From positions 1 through 54,630 of the IMG/VR virus record IMGVR_UViG_3300028293_000001: a stretch of DNA of 54,630 nt; one strand, given 5' to 3'. Source of the stretch: a virus. Taxonomy: Duplodnaviria > Caudoviricetes. A program made the translations under genes and the position numbers. The notes beneath the pieces are model-generated. The model did no database searches and was not told the origin of the DNA. It saw only the letters and a list, made by a program, of their open reading frames with translations. Below, piece after piece: positions 9,326 to 19,094 of the stretch (the first letter of the stretch is position 1; each line of letters begins with the position of its first letter).

Positions 9326-10236
9326 TGGCCGAAGAATCTGGCATCGCCTGGACGCGTTCGACTTTCAATCCCTGGATCGGGTGCACGAAGGTCGGGCCGG
9401 GCTGTGATCACTGCTACGCCGAGGCGCTAGACAAGCGCATGCGCTACGGGAAGGCGGTGCATTGGGGCACTGGCGTGCCGCGCTTCCGGACGAGCGCAGC
9501 CAACTGGCGAAAGCCCTTAATTTGGGATGCTGGCGCCCAGTTTAGCGAGTTCGCAGGTCGCCGGGGCTTCTGGCCGGTGTTCTGCGCCTCGCTCGCCGAT
9601 GTCTTCGACAACGAGGCGCCGGAGGCCTGGCGACGCGACCTGTGGAACCTGATCGACGCGACTCCGAATCTGTCATGGCTGCTCGTGACAAAGCGCATCG
9701 GCAACGTCGAGCGCATGGTGCCTTCGTTCTGGCTCTCCCGAGATGGTTTTCCGGCCAACGTCCGCCTGCTCATCACCGTCTGCAACCAGGAGGAGGCCGA
9801 CCGCGACATCCCGAAGCTCCTCGCGCTGCCGTTCAAGAACGGCATCAGTTATGAACCCGCGCTCGGGCCGGTCGACTTCGAGCGATATTTTGATCAGTGG
9901 CCGGATCACAACGGCGTCCGCGTCGTGCAGAACCATGTGGGGATCGATTGGATCATCGTCGGCGGCGAGAGTACGCAGGGCGCGGGGAAGGCGAGGCCGT
10001 TCGACCTCGCCTGGGCGCGGAGCGTGATCGCACAAGGCAACGCCGCCAGCGTCCCGGTATTCGTCAAGCAATTAGGATCGACGTCATTTGAGGTTGATCC
10101 GGACCCGCTTCGTGGCGGATACAACTGCGCGGGGGATTACAAGATGCGTCGCGCGTGGTTGAAATTGAAAGACCGCGCCGGCGCCGATCCAGCCGAGTGG
10201 CCGGAGGATCTGCGCGTGCAGGAGTTCCCGGCGTGA
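9325..10236 (+). CDS. DUF5131 (phage Gp37/Gp68 family) three-Cys protein
   Basis: IAWT.STFNPWIGCTKVGPGCDHCYA, SLADVFD, LVTKR, WIIVGGES, VPVFVKQLG. Confidence 0.9.
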   Translation: MAEESGIAWTRSTFNPWIGCTKVGPGCDHCYAEALDKRMRYGKAVHWGTGVPRFRTSAANWRKPLIWDAGAQFSEFAGRRGFWPVFCASLADVFDNEAPEAWRRDLWNLIDATPNLSWLLVTKRIGNVERMVPSFWLSRDGFPANVRLLITVCNQEEADRDIPKLLALPFKNGISYEPALGPVDFERYFDQWPDHNGVRVVQNHVGIDWIIVGGESTQGAGKARPFDLAWARSVIAQGNAASVPVFVKQLGSTSFEVDPDPLRGGYNCAGDYKMRRAWLKLKDRAGADPAEWPEDLRVQEFPA

Positions 10237-10664
10237 TCGGGGTCGCGCTCTCCCTGCGCCAGCCCTGGGCCGAGCTCGTGGTGGCCGGCTTGAAGCCGAT
10301 CGAGAACCGGGGCTGGTACACCACGCACCGGGGCCCGCTTTTCATCCACGCGTCGACCTCGGTGGACGTCGATGGCCTGGTGTGGATCAACGACAACGCG
10401 GAGCAGCTGTGCCTGCCTCCTGACGTGCGCGCTTCGATCAATTGTCCGCGGCGCGAACTCGAGCGCGGCGGCCTCATCGGCCTCGTGGATCTGGTCGGGG
10501 TGATACGGGCATCGGAGTCGCCCTGGTTCTTCGGTCCTTACGGCTTCGTGCTCGAGCGACCCGCGCGACTCCCCTTTCTGCGGATGCACGGACAGCTCGG
10601 GGTCTTCAATGTTGCGGTGGCGTCCTCGTATTCAGTGCGCGGAGTCCCGCCACTGCTTGCTTGA
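10233..10664 (+). CDS. ASCH-domain protein
   Basis: LSLRQPWAELVVAGLKPIENR.W..HRG.L.IHAS; GTG 10233 overlaps the upstream TGA. Confidence 0.88.
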   Translation: MIGVALSLRQPWAELVVAGLKPIENRGWYTTHRGPLFIHASTSVDVDGLVWINDNAEQLCLPPDVRASINCPRRELERGGLIGLVDLVGVIRASESPWFFGPYGFVLERPARLPFLRMHGQLGVFNVAVASSYSVRGVPPLLA

Positions 10665-11589
10665 GGTTGTCCCAGTCGAGGGCTTGCTGCTCGGCGACGA
10701 CAAGGAGTTCTCCAACTCCCGCCTTATAGTCAGCAACCGCTGCTCGAGTGTCTCGTTCAGCTTTCTCCAAGGCGTCAGAAAGTCGTGAATTCCCGTCGGC
10801 GCCATCGCAGACGCGGGGAGCTGCTCGAGCTGGTTCCGCTCCTTGCTTGGCGACACTGTCACGTTCTGCGCGCACCCGGGCAAGAGCAGCAGTCCAACCA
10901 GCATTGCTGTCCGCCAGCGCTTTCTCACGCTCATGGTCTTTCTCCTGGATGATGGTCTTGCTCTGGGCGGCTTTCGCCGCGTCTTCGGCCGCGTGCACCG
11001 CCTGGGCTGCAGCGACCTCGGTCTTGAAGCGCTCGAGCTCGGCGCGCGGCGCGCGGCCTCCCTCGTGGTAGATCGCGCCCGTGTATCCGACGAAGGCGAT
11101 GAAGGCGGCGATCCAGCCCACGAGCTGCAGCTGGGCGAAGCCCTCTTGCTTTTTGATCCCGTTGGCGGCGGTGGAGATCTCGTCCCGCTTGGCCGCGCGC
11201 TCTTCTGGGGTCCAGACAGCCTGGTTCGCCTTGTTCACGAGGGCGTCGATGGCGAAGCCAGTGGTGAGCCCGAGATTGATCACGGCGGTCCAGCCTGCTC
11301 CCTGGACGAGGCCGCCCACGGTCGCGGTGAGCGCCCAGCCGCACAGCACGAAGAACGCGAGCGCGGTCGACTTGGGGTGGTCACGGAAGAGGTAGTTACA
11401 TAGCGACCCGCGGATGTCGTCCCGCAGGAACTTGAAGAGGTAGTTCCCAGCCATGCCGAGCACGCCCGAGGAGAGGAGCACCCACATCTGGACGAGCTCG
11501 CGCGATCGCCATACCGCCTGCACGTAGTTCGTAAAGTCCCCCTGCTCGGGCAGGGATTGCTGTACCGCCGCCAGCGCTTCACCGATCAT
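10606..11589 (-). CDS. Holin-like domain fused to an Rz-like i-spanin
   Basis: Directly downstream of the endolysin. About three N-terminal hydrophobic helices, then a TM helix and an Ala-rich coiled coil that contains a nested lipoprotein gene. Confidence 0.7.
   Translation of the reverse strand: MIGEALAAVQQSLPEQGDFTNYVQAVWRSRELVQMWVLLSSGVLGMAGNYLFKFLRDDIRGSLCNYLFRDHPKSTALAFFVLCGWALTATVGGLVQGAGWTAVINLGLTTGFAIDALVNKANQAVWTPEERAAKRDEISTAANGIKKQEGFAQLQLVGWIAAFIAFVGYTGAIYHEGGRAPRAELERFKTEVAAAQAVHAAEDAAKAAQSKTIIQEKDHEREKALADSNAGWTAALARVRAERDSVAKQGAEPARAAPRVCDGADGNSRLSDALEKAERDTRAAVADYKAGVGELLVVAEQQALDWDNLKQAVAGLRALNTRTPPQH
10632..10934 (-). CDS. Rz1-like o-spanin lipoprotein, nested in another frame
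   Basis: MSVRKRWRTAMLVGLLLLPG-C lipobox, entirely inside the i-spanin part. Confidence 0.7.
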   Translation of the reverse strand: MSVRKRWRTAMLVGLLLLPGCAQNVTVSPSKERNQLEQLPASAMAPTGIHDFLTPWRKLNETLEQRLLTIRRELENSLSSPSSKPSTGTTSSKQWRDSAH

Positions 11590-11619
11590 TGGCTTCCCCC
11601 TCCTCGTTGAAAACGTGTT

Positions 11620-12225
11620 CTACGTGATCGCGGTTTTCGCTGCCTCCCAGGTAGCCAGGCGATCTTCCTGGCCGTTCAGGCCCCCGTTGACCGCGAAGGT
11701 GATGCCCCTGAAGTCCCCGCGGTCGGCCAGCTCGTTCAGGTTAACACCTACGGGCACCCCGTACATCCGTGCCGCGACCGAAAGGCGCTGGCCGGCGCCC
11801 ACCGTCCAGAACCAGCCGGCGCTCCTCACTGCGTGCTCTGGGATTTCCAGGAGTTCTGGGCTGCGCTCGAGGGGCAGGTCGATCGCTTCCCCGCAGGCCG
11901 CGTAGTTCGCCCGGCCAGTGATCTGGATAAGGCCGCGCCCGCGGTAGCGAAAGCCGTCCCCCGTCTGGCTGTTCCCCAGGTCCATGGCCTTCCTCGATGG
12001 CGGCTCGTAGGCCTTCTGCGCGGGGCTGGGGCCCCAAATCTCGCGCATCCACAGGAACCCGTTCGACTCATGGGCGACCTGGGCGAGGAAGGCCGACTGG
12101 CGCTCCGGGTTGTCGATCGCGAACTCGCCGAACATGGCGTTCAGTGGATCCAGGAAGAGCGCAAGCCGTACCCGGTTCGTCTTCGGGGCGACCGCCTGCA
12201 GCTCCTCGAGGGTGATCGGGCTCAC
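11620..12225 (-). CDS. Endolysin, glycoside hydrolase family 19
   Basis: AFLAQVAHES, LGN...DGFRYRGRGLIQITGRANY, VNGGLNG..DR. Confidence 0.93.
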   Translation of the reverse strand: MSPITLEELQAVAPKTNRVRLALFLDPLNAMFGEFAIDNPERQSAFLAQVAHESNGFLWMREIWGPSPAQKAYEPPSRKAMDLGNSQTGDGFRYRGRGLIQITGRANYAACGEAIDLPLERSPELLEIPEHAVRSAGWFWTVGAGQRLSVAARMYGVPVGVNLNELADRGDFRGITFAVNGGLNGQEDRLATWEAAKTAIT

Positions 12226-12641
12226 GCGGCGGCTGGCCTCTCTTGGGCTTGGGCTGCCGCCGCCGCTTCGGCCTCTGCGATGGCCTCGGCGATGCGCTGC
12301 TTCTCGAGTTCATCTGCTGCCGCAATAGCGGCCTTCTTGTCGGCGACCCTTTTGATCGCGGCCTCGGTGTGGAAGAAGGGGAGCACCCCGATGACCTTGG
12401 CCCACTCGTCATCCGGGATCGGACCCCATGGCGCCCCCGGAATGTCGGATTGCTGCTTCGGCATCGCCAGATGGTCCTCGATCTCTTTCCTCGCTCGAGC
12501 CGGATCGTCACCGGGCGTCAGGTTGATGCTGTGGAAGTGCTCGTGGATGACGTCCTCCCCGTCCATCGTGAGAAGGGAAAGGCGCGCACGCACTCCGCCT
12601 TGGCGGTCGGTCCCGATGCAAATTACGATCTGTTTTTCCAT
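12222..12641 (-). CDS. Hypothetical protein (possible fiber-associated chaperone)
   Basis: GAGG RBS; lies directly after the tail fiber gene. Confidence 0.6.
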   Translation of the reverse strand: MEKQIVICIGTDRQGGVRARLSLLTMDGEDVIHEHFHSINLTPGDDPARARKEIEDHLAMPKQQSDIPGAPWGPIPDDEWAKVIGVLPFFHTEAAIKRVADKKAAIAAADELEKQRIAEAIAEAEAAAAAQAQERPAAA

Positions 12642-12653
12642 CGAAGCATCCTC

Positions 12654-13886
12654 TTAGTTTAGGGAGTGGCAGCCAGCGATCAGCGCCTGGGCTCCCGCTT
12701 GAAAGACGTTGGTGGTTCCGTCGGAGGCCGAGTTCGCAGTCCGGGCCTTCATGGTCATCAAGGGCGTCGTATCGAGGCTCGCGGTGATGGAAACGAGAGA
12801 GGTGGCCGAGCCCAACATCCGCGTGGCGAACGGCGTCTGGTCCCCGCCGTTCGAGAATGGGAACCCGGACAACTGGCTTTGGCTGCCGTCCCCTTGCGCG
12901 TTGATCGACACCGCGATGCGCAGGTAGACCAGATCTCCGACCTTCGTGTATTTCGCAAGGCGCTGGGTGTAGGTCGTGGTGGTCGCGCCCTGCAGGCTGA
13001 TCGTGAAGGTGCCTTCCTCATAGTCGTCTAGCGTATTCGGATCGGCGGATGGATTTTGCGTAGCCGGAAAGAGGAGTTGACCGATCAGCAGCGAAAGCAC
13101 CCCGGCGGAGGTGAGGACAACTTTCTGCGTGCCCGCGATATCCAGAGAGACCGTGGCTCCGTTGAGAATAAGGTCCTTGAATGAGGCGCTTCCCGTGTTG
13201 TCGACGGCTTCGACGCTGCCGGTCGTTCCACTTGTGCCAATCCGCACTCCGGCGCCGGTGCCGCGAACCAGGATCTTCGTCGACACGTCCACGCTCGTCG
13301 TGCCAAAAATCGACGAGTCCCCGGAGACCTGGAGCGTGGTTCCAACGGTGAATGCGCCAGAGGTCTTGCCAGCACCGACGACGTCCAACGCGACGGCGGG
13401 CGCGTTCGTGCCAATCCCCAAGCGGTTGTTCGCGTGGTCCCAGAATAGCTTCGTAGGATCCTGCGTGGCCTGCCCGGCCGCGCTTCCGAACACGATGCCG
13501 CCGCTGACGAGCAGACCGGTGAATCCCACCCCGGCGAAGGTGATCGCGGTGGTGTCGGGGATGATCGGATCGGCGGTAGTAGTCACCTGCCACAGGCCGA
13601 TCTGGGTTCCCCCGATCACGAGCACCATGCTGCCGCTCGTGATGTCTCCTGGACCATCGAAGTCAGGCTCGCGAGACCAGTCTCCCGTCGACACCGAGTA
13701 GATCCCATTCTCGATGGAGGAGGTCTGGTTCTTCACCAGCACCCGATCGCCCTCGACCAGGGCCACGCCATCGACGGTCTGCTCGCCGTGAAGGACGAGG
13801 TTGCCGAGGCTCGCGGACAAGCACGGGATCTTCAGCGCGAGGCCAGGGGAGAGCGTGCCCTGGCGGCTTACGGAAACTGACGTCAT
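12654..13886 (-). CDS. Tail fiber protein
   Basis: QTVDGVAL..GDRVLVKNQT...ENGIY N-terminal module, NNRLGIGT..P repeat, NTLDDYEEGTFT and YTKVG..V C-terminal fiber motifs. Confidence 0.8.
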   Translation of the reverse strand: MTSVSVSRQGTLSPGLALKIPCLSASLGNLVLHGEQTVDGVALVEGDRVLVKNQTSSIENGIYSVSTGDWSREPDFDGPGDITSGSMVLVIGGTQIGLWQVTTTADPIIPDTTAITFAGVGFTGLLVSGGIVFGSAAGQATQDPTKLFWDHANNRLGIGTNAPAVALDVVGAGKTSGAFTVGTTLQVSGDSSIFGTTSVDVSTKILVRGTGAGVRIGTSGTTGSVEAVDNTGSASFKDLILNGATVSLDIAGTQKVVLTSAGVLSLLIGQLLFPATQNPSADPNTLDDYEEGTFTISLQGATTTTYTQRLAKYTKVGDLVYLRIAVSINAQGDGSQSQLSGFPFSNGGDQTPFATRMLGSATSLVSITASLDTTPLMTMKARTANSASDGTTNVFQAGAQALIAGCHSLN

Positions 13887-14098
13887 AGCCGTGCTCCTTG
13901 TTGTGCCGCAACAATGATGAACCCGGTGCCGAGCACGAGGGCGACAGCGCCGATCCCGTACCAGGCCCAGGCATTGTCGGCCTGCTCGGGGAAAAAGACG
14001 AGAAGCGCGTTACCGGCCGCCCACACCACCGCCGCGGCGATCGCGCTGCCAGCCGCGAGCACGCCGTTCACGAGGAGGAAGGCGGCGAGGCTCCTCAC
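13883..14098 (-). CDS. Small two-TM membrane protein
   Basis: Two hydrophobic helices; 4-nt overlaps on both sides. Confidence 0.6.
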   Translation of the reverse strand: MRSLAAFLLVNGVLAAGSAIAAAVVWAAGNALLVFFPEQADNAWAWYGIGAVALVLGTGFIIVAAQQGARL

Positions 14099-16683
14099 CT
14101 AGCGATCACCTTCTGCAGGTTCGGCGCGCGCTCGGGCGCTGGCTCACCCGGACGCCACCACCAGTCCTGGCCGTACTCGCGCTGAGTCTTTTCCCTGATC
14201 GTGGCGAGGTAGCCGGGTGAGAGCGACTCGAGCACGTTCTGCCAGATCAGGTGGTCGAGGGCCGCCTTGGTGTACCAGATGTTGCTCCCGGGAATGAAGC
14301 CCTTCACGTCCTGCACCATCTTCGCGGCGAGGTGCGTGTCCTTGTGATCCATCGCCTGCTTGGCCGCGGTGAGCGGCTGGACGATCCCGAACTCGAGTAG
14401 CGGTCCCATCGTCGGACCCGAGAGCGCCTCGATCGGCCCGGACCCATATCGGGTCTGATTGACCGAGTAGAGGAAGTCGCCATAGATCCCCAGCGCCCCG
14501 CCCTGCAGGAACGCCGCCCCCCAGAACTTGTACCAGTTCTCGTCGGCCATGGTGCGCGGATCCTTGCCGGCCAGCATCTCGCGGGTCTGCAGGATCATCG
14601 CGCCAGCGACGGTGGTGGCGGCCACGAGCCAGGCGGTCATGGCAGCCTTCGATCCCGGGGTGTTCTGATTCGCCACCATGTCGATGCCGCGCTGCATGAA
14701 GGCCCAGGGGAAACTCTTGAACTGGAGCACCGAGCGTGCGATCTCGCCGATCGCCGTGCCGCGCTGCAGCGATCCGTAGAAGGCCGCCCGCTCGCGCCAG
14801 CCCGGGTAGACGATCGCGAACTCGCTCTCGGTATTCACCACTCCCAGCAGCTTGACGGTGGCATCGCGCCGGATCGCGTCCCCCGCGGCGGCCTCTTCGG
14901 CGGGCCCGAGGATGTGGGCGGCCTTCAGCTGATCGTCGGTGATCCGCGCGATCGCGTCGGGCATCAGCATGTTGTCGACCCCGCGCCAGGTCTGGGGCTC
15001 GGCGAGCTGCCAGATCCGCCAGTCGACCTCGTTGATGCCGAAGTTGCGAAGAGCTCGGACGTCCGAATCAGGCAGGTCGGCAAAGGCACGCCCGCTCGCG
15101 ACCTCCTTGCCGATCGAGGCGAACATGTTCAGCCCGAAAGCGCCCTTCCTGATGTCGTTGATCGCGTTCATCCCGGTGATCTTCATCACCGCGTTCGCGA
15201 TCTTGCCAGTGGTGCTCGACTTGCCCAGCCCCTCGTAGAAGCGCTGCAGGCCCGAGCGGATGTTCTCGACCATCAGGCCCTGGCTCTGAATCATGCGCCG
15301 GTCGGCGCTGTTGGCCGGGTTTAGCAGCGTGAGTTCGGTGCGCCAGCGCTGCAGGAGCGGCATGTCGTTCATGTGCGACACCGCCTCCATGGTCACCTTG
15401 TCCCCGAAGAGCGAGGCGAGCATAGCACCGCCCAGCTTCCCGGCGACGTTCAGGTTCGCGATCCCGTCGGCCACCCCAACCATGGTGAGGTTCGCCGGCG
15501 GCTTCATCTTCCCCGCGGCGTAGCCGTACAGGTTGTCGAGCTTCACGGCCTGGCCCTGGAGCGCCTCGGTCTGGGTGGGCTCGGCCATCGCGGCGTCCTT
15601 GAGCGCCGTGTCCCGCATCGTCAGGTAGGTCAGGTTCGGGTTCGGCCCGAAGTGCTCGAGGAAGGCGATGTCGCGCGCCATGGTGCCGATGTGCCCGTGG
15701 AGGATCTCCACCGCGGTGCGCTCGCCGAACACGTTCCAGTAGTCGATGACGCTCTGGGCGTCCTTGAAGTGGATCTGTCGGTGTTCGGCGTGGGAGTTCG
15801 CTCGAGCGCCGATTCCGCTTCCCTTGCCCGGGACCAGGTTCGCCAGGCCATCGGTCGCGATCGTGTCCCAGGCGTGGCCGAGGAAGTCGCGCATCTGGGT
15901 GTCGGTGAAGTGCTGGCCCAGGTCGTCGACGTAGCGCTCCCGATCGAGCATGGGCAAGATCGTGTCGATCCAGGGCTCCTTGCCAGCCGCGGCCACCTTG
16001 GTCTGGCTGTGGTGCTGCGGCATCCCCCAGTCGTCCAGCCGCCCGATATCCCCTCCGGCCGCATTGAAGGCGACCCTCGCCTCCTCGGCCACCTGGTGGT
16101 AGGCCTCGGCGCCCTTCTTCGCGAGCGCGTTCCCCGTGTCCTCCCCGCGCAGCTCGCGCACCAGGTCGAGGAGCTTCGCCCGGTCCTGGAAGACGCCCAG
16201 GAAATCGGTCCCCAGCGCGTCCCAGGCGGGGAGCAGCTTCGCCTCGAAATAGGCCTTCTCGCCCGCAACCCGCTGCTCGAGGCTCTCGATCGAGAACTGG
16301 CCGGAATAGTCGCGCGCGATCGTGTTCTTGACCGCCTCGAGGCCCGCGAGGCCCTTCGCCTTCATCGCGCTGACGTCCCCCAGGCGCGCGGCGAGCTTCG
16401 CCATCTGCAGATTGGCGTTCCGCTCGGCGATGATGGCCTCGTGCACGAGCTGCTGTGAGGCCTCCTCGGCAGCGCGCTCGATCACGCCCCGCATGTCCTC
16501 AGCGCCCGCGGTCCCGAGGTTGAACTCGCCCTGGGTCTTCCCGCTCATCTTGGCGGGCGTCCTGCCAGCCTTGATGTCGAGGGCAGCCTTGTGGATCCGC
16601 TCGAAGATCCCGGCGATCTCCTCATCGGACAGGTCGCGCCCGGCCGCGCGGGTGAGGGAGGCGAGGCACTTGGCGTAGCTCAT
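14095..16683 (-). CDS. Large internal virion (ejection) protein
   Basis: 862 aa, helical; QFKSFP and GGALGIYGDFL motifs of podoviral ejection proteins; position in the late operon. Confidence 0.75.
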   Translation of the reverse strand: MSYAKCLASLTRAAGRDLSDEEIAGIFERIHKAALDIKAGRTPAKMSGKTQGEFNLGTAGAEDMRGVIERAAEEASQQLVHEAIIAERNANLQMAKLAARLGDVSAMKAKGLAGLEAVKNTIARDYSGQFSIESLEQRVAGEKAYFEAKLLPAWDALGTDFLGVFQDRAKLLDLVRELRGEDTGNALAKKGAEAYHQVAEEARVAFNAAGGDIGRLDDWGMPQHHSQTKVAAAGKEPWIDTILPMLDRERYVDDLGQHFTDTQMRDFLGHAWDTIATDGLANLVPGKGSGIGARANSHAEHRQIHFKDAQSVIDYWNVFGERTAVEILHGHIGTMARDIAFLEHFGPNPNLTYLTMRDTALKDAAMAEPTQTEALQGQAVKLDNLYGYAAGKMKPPANLTMVGVADGIANLNVAGKLGGAMLASLFGDKVTMEAVSHMNDMPLLQRWRTELTLLNPANSADRRMIQSQGLMVENIRSGLQRFYEGLGKSSTTGKIANAVMKITGMNAINDIRKGAFGLNMFASIGKEVASGRAFADLPDSDVRALRNFGINEVDWRIWQLAEPQTWRGVDNMLMPDAIARITDDQLKAAHILGPAEEAAAGDAIRRDATVKLLGVVNTESEFAIVYPGWRERAAFYGSLQRGTAIGEIARSVLQFKSFPWAFMQRGIDMVANQNTPGSKAAMTAWLVAATTVAGAMILQTREMLAGKDPRTMADENWYKFWGAAFLQGGALGIYGDFLYSVNQTRYGSGPIEALSGPTMGPLLEFGIVQPLTAAKQAMDHKDTHLAAKMVQDVKGFIPGSNIWYTKAALDHLIWQNVLESLSPGYLATIREKTQREYGQDWWWRPGEPAPERAPNLQKVIAR

Positions 16684-17699
16684 GCGGCCTTCCGTTCAGC
16701 AATCAGCGGCACCACCGCGGCGGCGATCAGCATCAGCTCCTCCTCTTCGCGTCGGCGGCGAAGCTGGATGATCTCAGCCCGCGGGCGCCAGCCATCGAAC
16801 CGGCGCGCGGCGTGGCCGGTCGGCACCCCGACGAGGATCGCAGTCGACCGGCCCGCGGCGCTCATGGCTCCGGCCGACTTGCTGGCCCCGGCAGCGGTCG
16901 CGCTCGAGGTACCGGCGGCGTTCAGAGCTCCAGAGGCGGCGCTCGAGGCGTTCCCCACCGCTACGGCCGTGGAGGTGCCGTGGGCGTTGAGGGTGGTCTT
17001 GTCCAAGGCCGCGCCGCGCGCCGCTGCTGTGGCGCTGCCTGCCGCGTTCAGGACGGTTTTATCGAGGGATGCCCCTGTTGCCTTGGCCGTGGCGACACCG
17101 GCCGCGTTGAGGGCCGTGGCGTCCTTGGCCGCCCCCACCGCGATCGCGCTCGAGGTACCCGCGCTGAATAGGGCCCCGGAGGCGGCCGAGGCCGTGGATC
17201 CGACCAGGATCCCGGTCGAGGTCCCGGCCGCGTTCAGGTTGCCAGCTGCCAACGCCTGGCCGACCGCGGTGGCAAGCGAGGTCCCCTGGCTGAAGGCATC
17301 CCCAGATGCGGTCGTCGCCGTGACCGTCAGGAGGGCCGGGTTGAGCCGACGTAGGATCGGCTGGGTCCAGCTCGGGGCCCAGGTGCCGACGATCGCGGCG
17401 AAGCGCCCGGTTCGGTCGTCGTCGATCGAAGGCGGATTATCGACCGATTGCGGCGGGGTGAGTTTCGGCCGGACGAGGAACTTCTCCGGCGGGCGGAACT
17501 CCGGGTCGAGGAAGAGGATGTCCGGGTCTTGCCGCTCGGGCGGATCTACCGAGAGCAGGCTCGGCGGCAGCTTCCGTGGCGCTAGGGGCTGCCGCCCGCC
17601 GATAAAGGCGTTCGGGGGGTAGATCGTGAAATGCGGGCCGACGATGAGCTCGATCGTATTCTCATCGCGCCCGCGGTTCCCGAAGAGCGGATCGGTCAC
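16680..17699 (-). CDS. Ala/Ser/Thr/Gly repeat protein, probably a virion appendage
   Basis: About 7 imperfect 20-22 aa repeats of the form LNAAGTS(S/T)A.A.G. Confidence 0.65.
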   Translation of the reverse strand: MTDPLFGNRGRDENTIELIVGPHFTIYPPNAFIGGRQPLAPRKLPPSLLSVDPPERQDPDILFLDPEFRPPEKFLVRPKLTPPQSVDNPPSIDDDRTGRFAAIVGTWAPSWTQPILRRLNPALLTVTATTASGDAFSQGTSLATAVGQALAAGNLNAAGTSTGILVGSTASAASGALFSAGTSSAIAVGAAKDATALNAAGVATAKATGASLDKTVLNAAGSATAAARGAALDKTTLNAHGTSTAVAVGNASSAASGALNAAGTSSATAAGASKSAGAMSAAGRSTAILVGVPTGHAARRFDGWRPRAEIIQLRRRREEEELMLIAAAVVPLIAERKAA

Positions 17700-18583
17700 G
17701 CCGTGAGCACCTTCGGCTTCGCCTCGTGGGCGGCCATCGCGTCGTTGTACAAGCGCAGCATCTCAGCGATGATCCCGTCCCCGTGCACGGTGAACTTGGC
17801 CGCGCCCTGGCTCGTCTTCAGCAGCTTCTCGAACTCCCAGGCCTGCACCGCGAGGTAGTTCGGGGTGCGGAAGACGCGCGCCGTTTCCTCGTCCATGCCG
17901 ATCTTCATCCCGATCACCTGGGCGCTCGTGCCCTGGCTGAACTCTTTCTCCGGGTCGTTCAGGGGGAAGGCGTGCATGGCGCTCGTGTTCGGATCCAGGC
18001 ACGAATCGAATCCGAAGAGGTGCTGCTCGTAGTACCCGAGGCGGTTCGCGATGTCGATGCAGCGCAGGCCCACCGTGCTGCCGCCCCCGCACAGGGTCGT
18101 CTTCTCCGGTGGCACGATCCCCTGCAGGATGTCGTCCCCGTTGAGCTTCCCGCCGCAGTGCCACATCGTTACCGGGTACTCCTTCAAGTGCTCGAAGACC
18201 CCCTTGTCGCACATCGAGGCCACCAGGTAATTGCACGTGGGACTGCGCCGGGATAGATAGCTCACCACCTGATCGGGCGTCGGGTCGACCAGCACGCAGT
18301 AGGTCGCGCGCACGCCCTTGCTGATGGCGAAGTCGTGGGCCGAGCCAGCGAGGATCACGGTCTTGAATCCGCCGATCTCCGAGAGGGTGTAGCGCAGGGA
18401 CGGCCCCGCCGCGACGATCGCGACCGGCTCGCCGTACTTGCTCTTTTCCCACTCCGGCAGCTGGTCTATCTCCGGAAGCCGCAAGGTCATTGCGTGGCGG
18501 ATATTCGCCCTCGCGGTGTCCCGGTCCACTGCCATGTTCTCGACGGTCACACCGCCGAGCCTCGCCCAGTTCGTCTTCGACAT
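17696..18583 (-). CDS. Maf/DUF115 (MptE-like) protein, candidate nonulosonate transferase 1
   Basis: VAIVAAGPSL, VLVDP, GGSTVGLRCIDIANRLGY..QHLFGFDSC. Confidence 0.75.
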   Translation of the reverse strand: MSKTNWARLGGVTVENMAVDRDTARANIRHAMTLRLPEIDQLPEWEKSKYGEPVAIVAAGPSLRYTLSEIGGFKTVILAGSAHDFAISKGVRATYCVLVDPTPDQVVSYLSRRSPTCNYLVASMCDKGVFEHLKEYPVTMWHCGGKLNGDDILQGIVPPEKTTLCGGGSTVGLRCIDIANRLGYYEQHLFGFDSCLDPNTSAMHAFPLNDPEKEFSQGTSAQVIGMKIGMDEETARVFRTPNYLAVQAWEFEKLLKTSQGAAKFTVHGDGIIAEMLRLYNDAMAAHEAKPKVLTA

Positions 18584-18587
18584 CGTC

Positions 18588-19094
18588 TTACACCTCTCGG
18601 AAGATGCAGCCCCAAGCCCAGCCGGTCAGAGTTGCGGGAGTGGACGGGAATTGCATCTCCAACCCCATCGCCGAGGCGCTGGTGACCGCGGCGTTGGCCG
18701 GCATGACGATCGACTCCGGCGGGGTGGGGACGTGCAGCCATCCATTCAGCACGTTGAAAGCGTCCTCGTGAATGATGTTCGTGGTGCCCGCGCCCTCGAC
18801 CGTGGCGTTGATGCCGGCGCCCGCGAGCGCGTTCGACACGAAGCCCGCGATGATCGAGGCGGTCTTGTCCTGCTGCTTCAGGCTCCGCGGGGTGAAGGCG
18901 GCGACCGTCGGCCAGGAGCTGATCTGGGTGCGCAGGTTGACCCGCTGCTGGGCCGAGGTCGCGTTCGCGTTCTGGCTGATCCAGAAGCGCAGAAACTCGA
19001 TGTTCGGGTTCGGCGCGCTCGCCGGCAGTAGCAGGATGAGGGTGGTCGTGCTGATGACCGTGGAGTTGCTGATCGAAACGATGAACTCACGCAT
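18588..19094 (-). CDS. Putative virion structural protein (168 aa)
   Basis: GGAG RBS; beta-rich, Ser/Thr/Ala-rich; lies within the virion gene block. Confidence 0.65.
   Translation of the reverse strand: MREFIVSISNSTVISTTTLILLLPASAPNPNIEFLRFWISQNANATSAQQRVNLRTQISSWPTVAAFTPRSLKQQDKTASIIAGFVSNALAGAGINATVEGAGTTNIIHEDAFNVLNGWLHVPTPPESIVMPANAAVTSASAMGLEMQFPSTPATLTGWAWGCIFREV

Noticed and set aside
7181-10664. SPFH, J-domain, DUF5131 and ASCH genes as a novel system
   Set aside because: Each is a common stand-alone phage accessory gene, and nothing in the sequence links them functionally.
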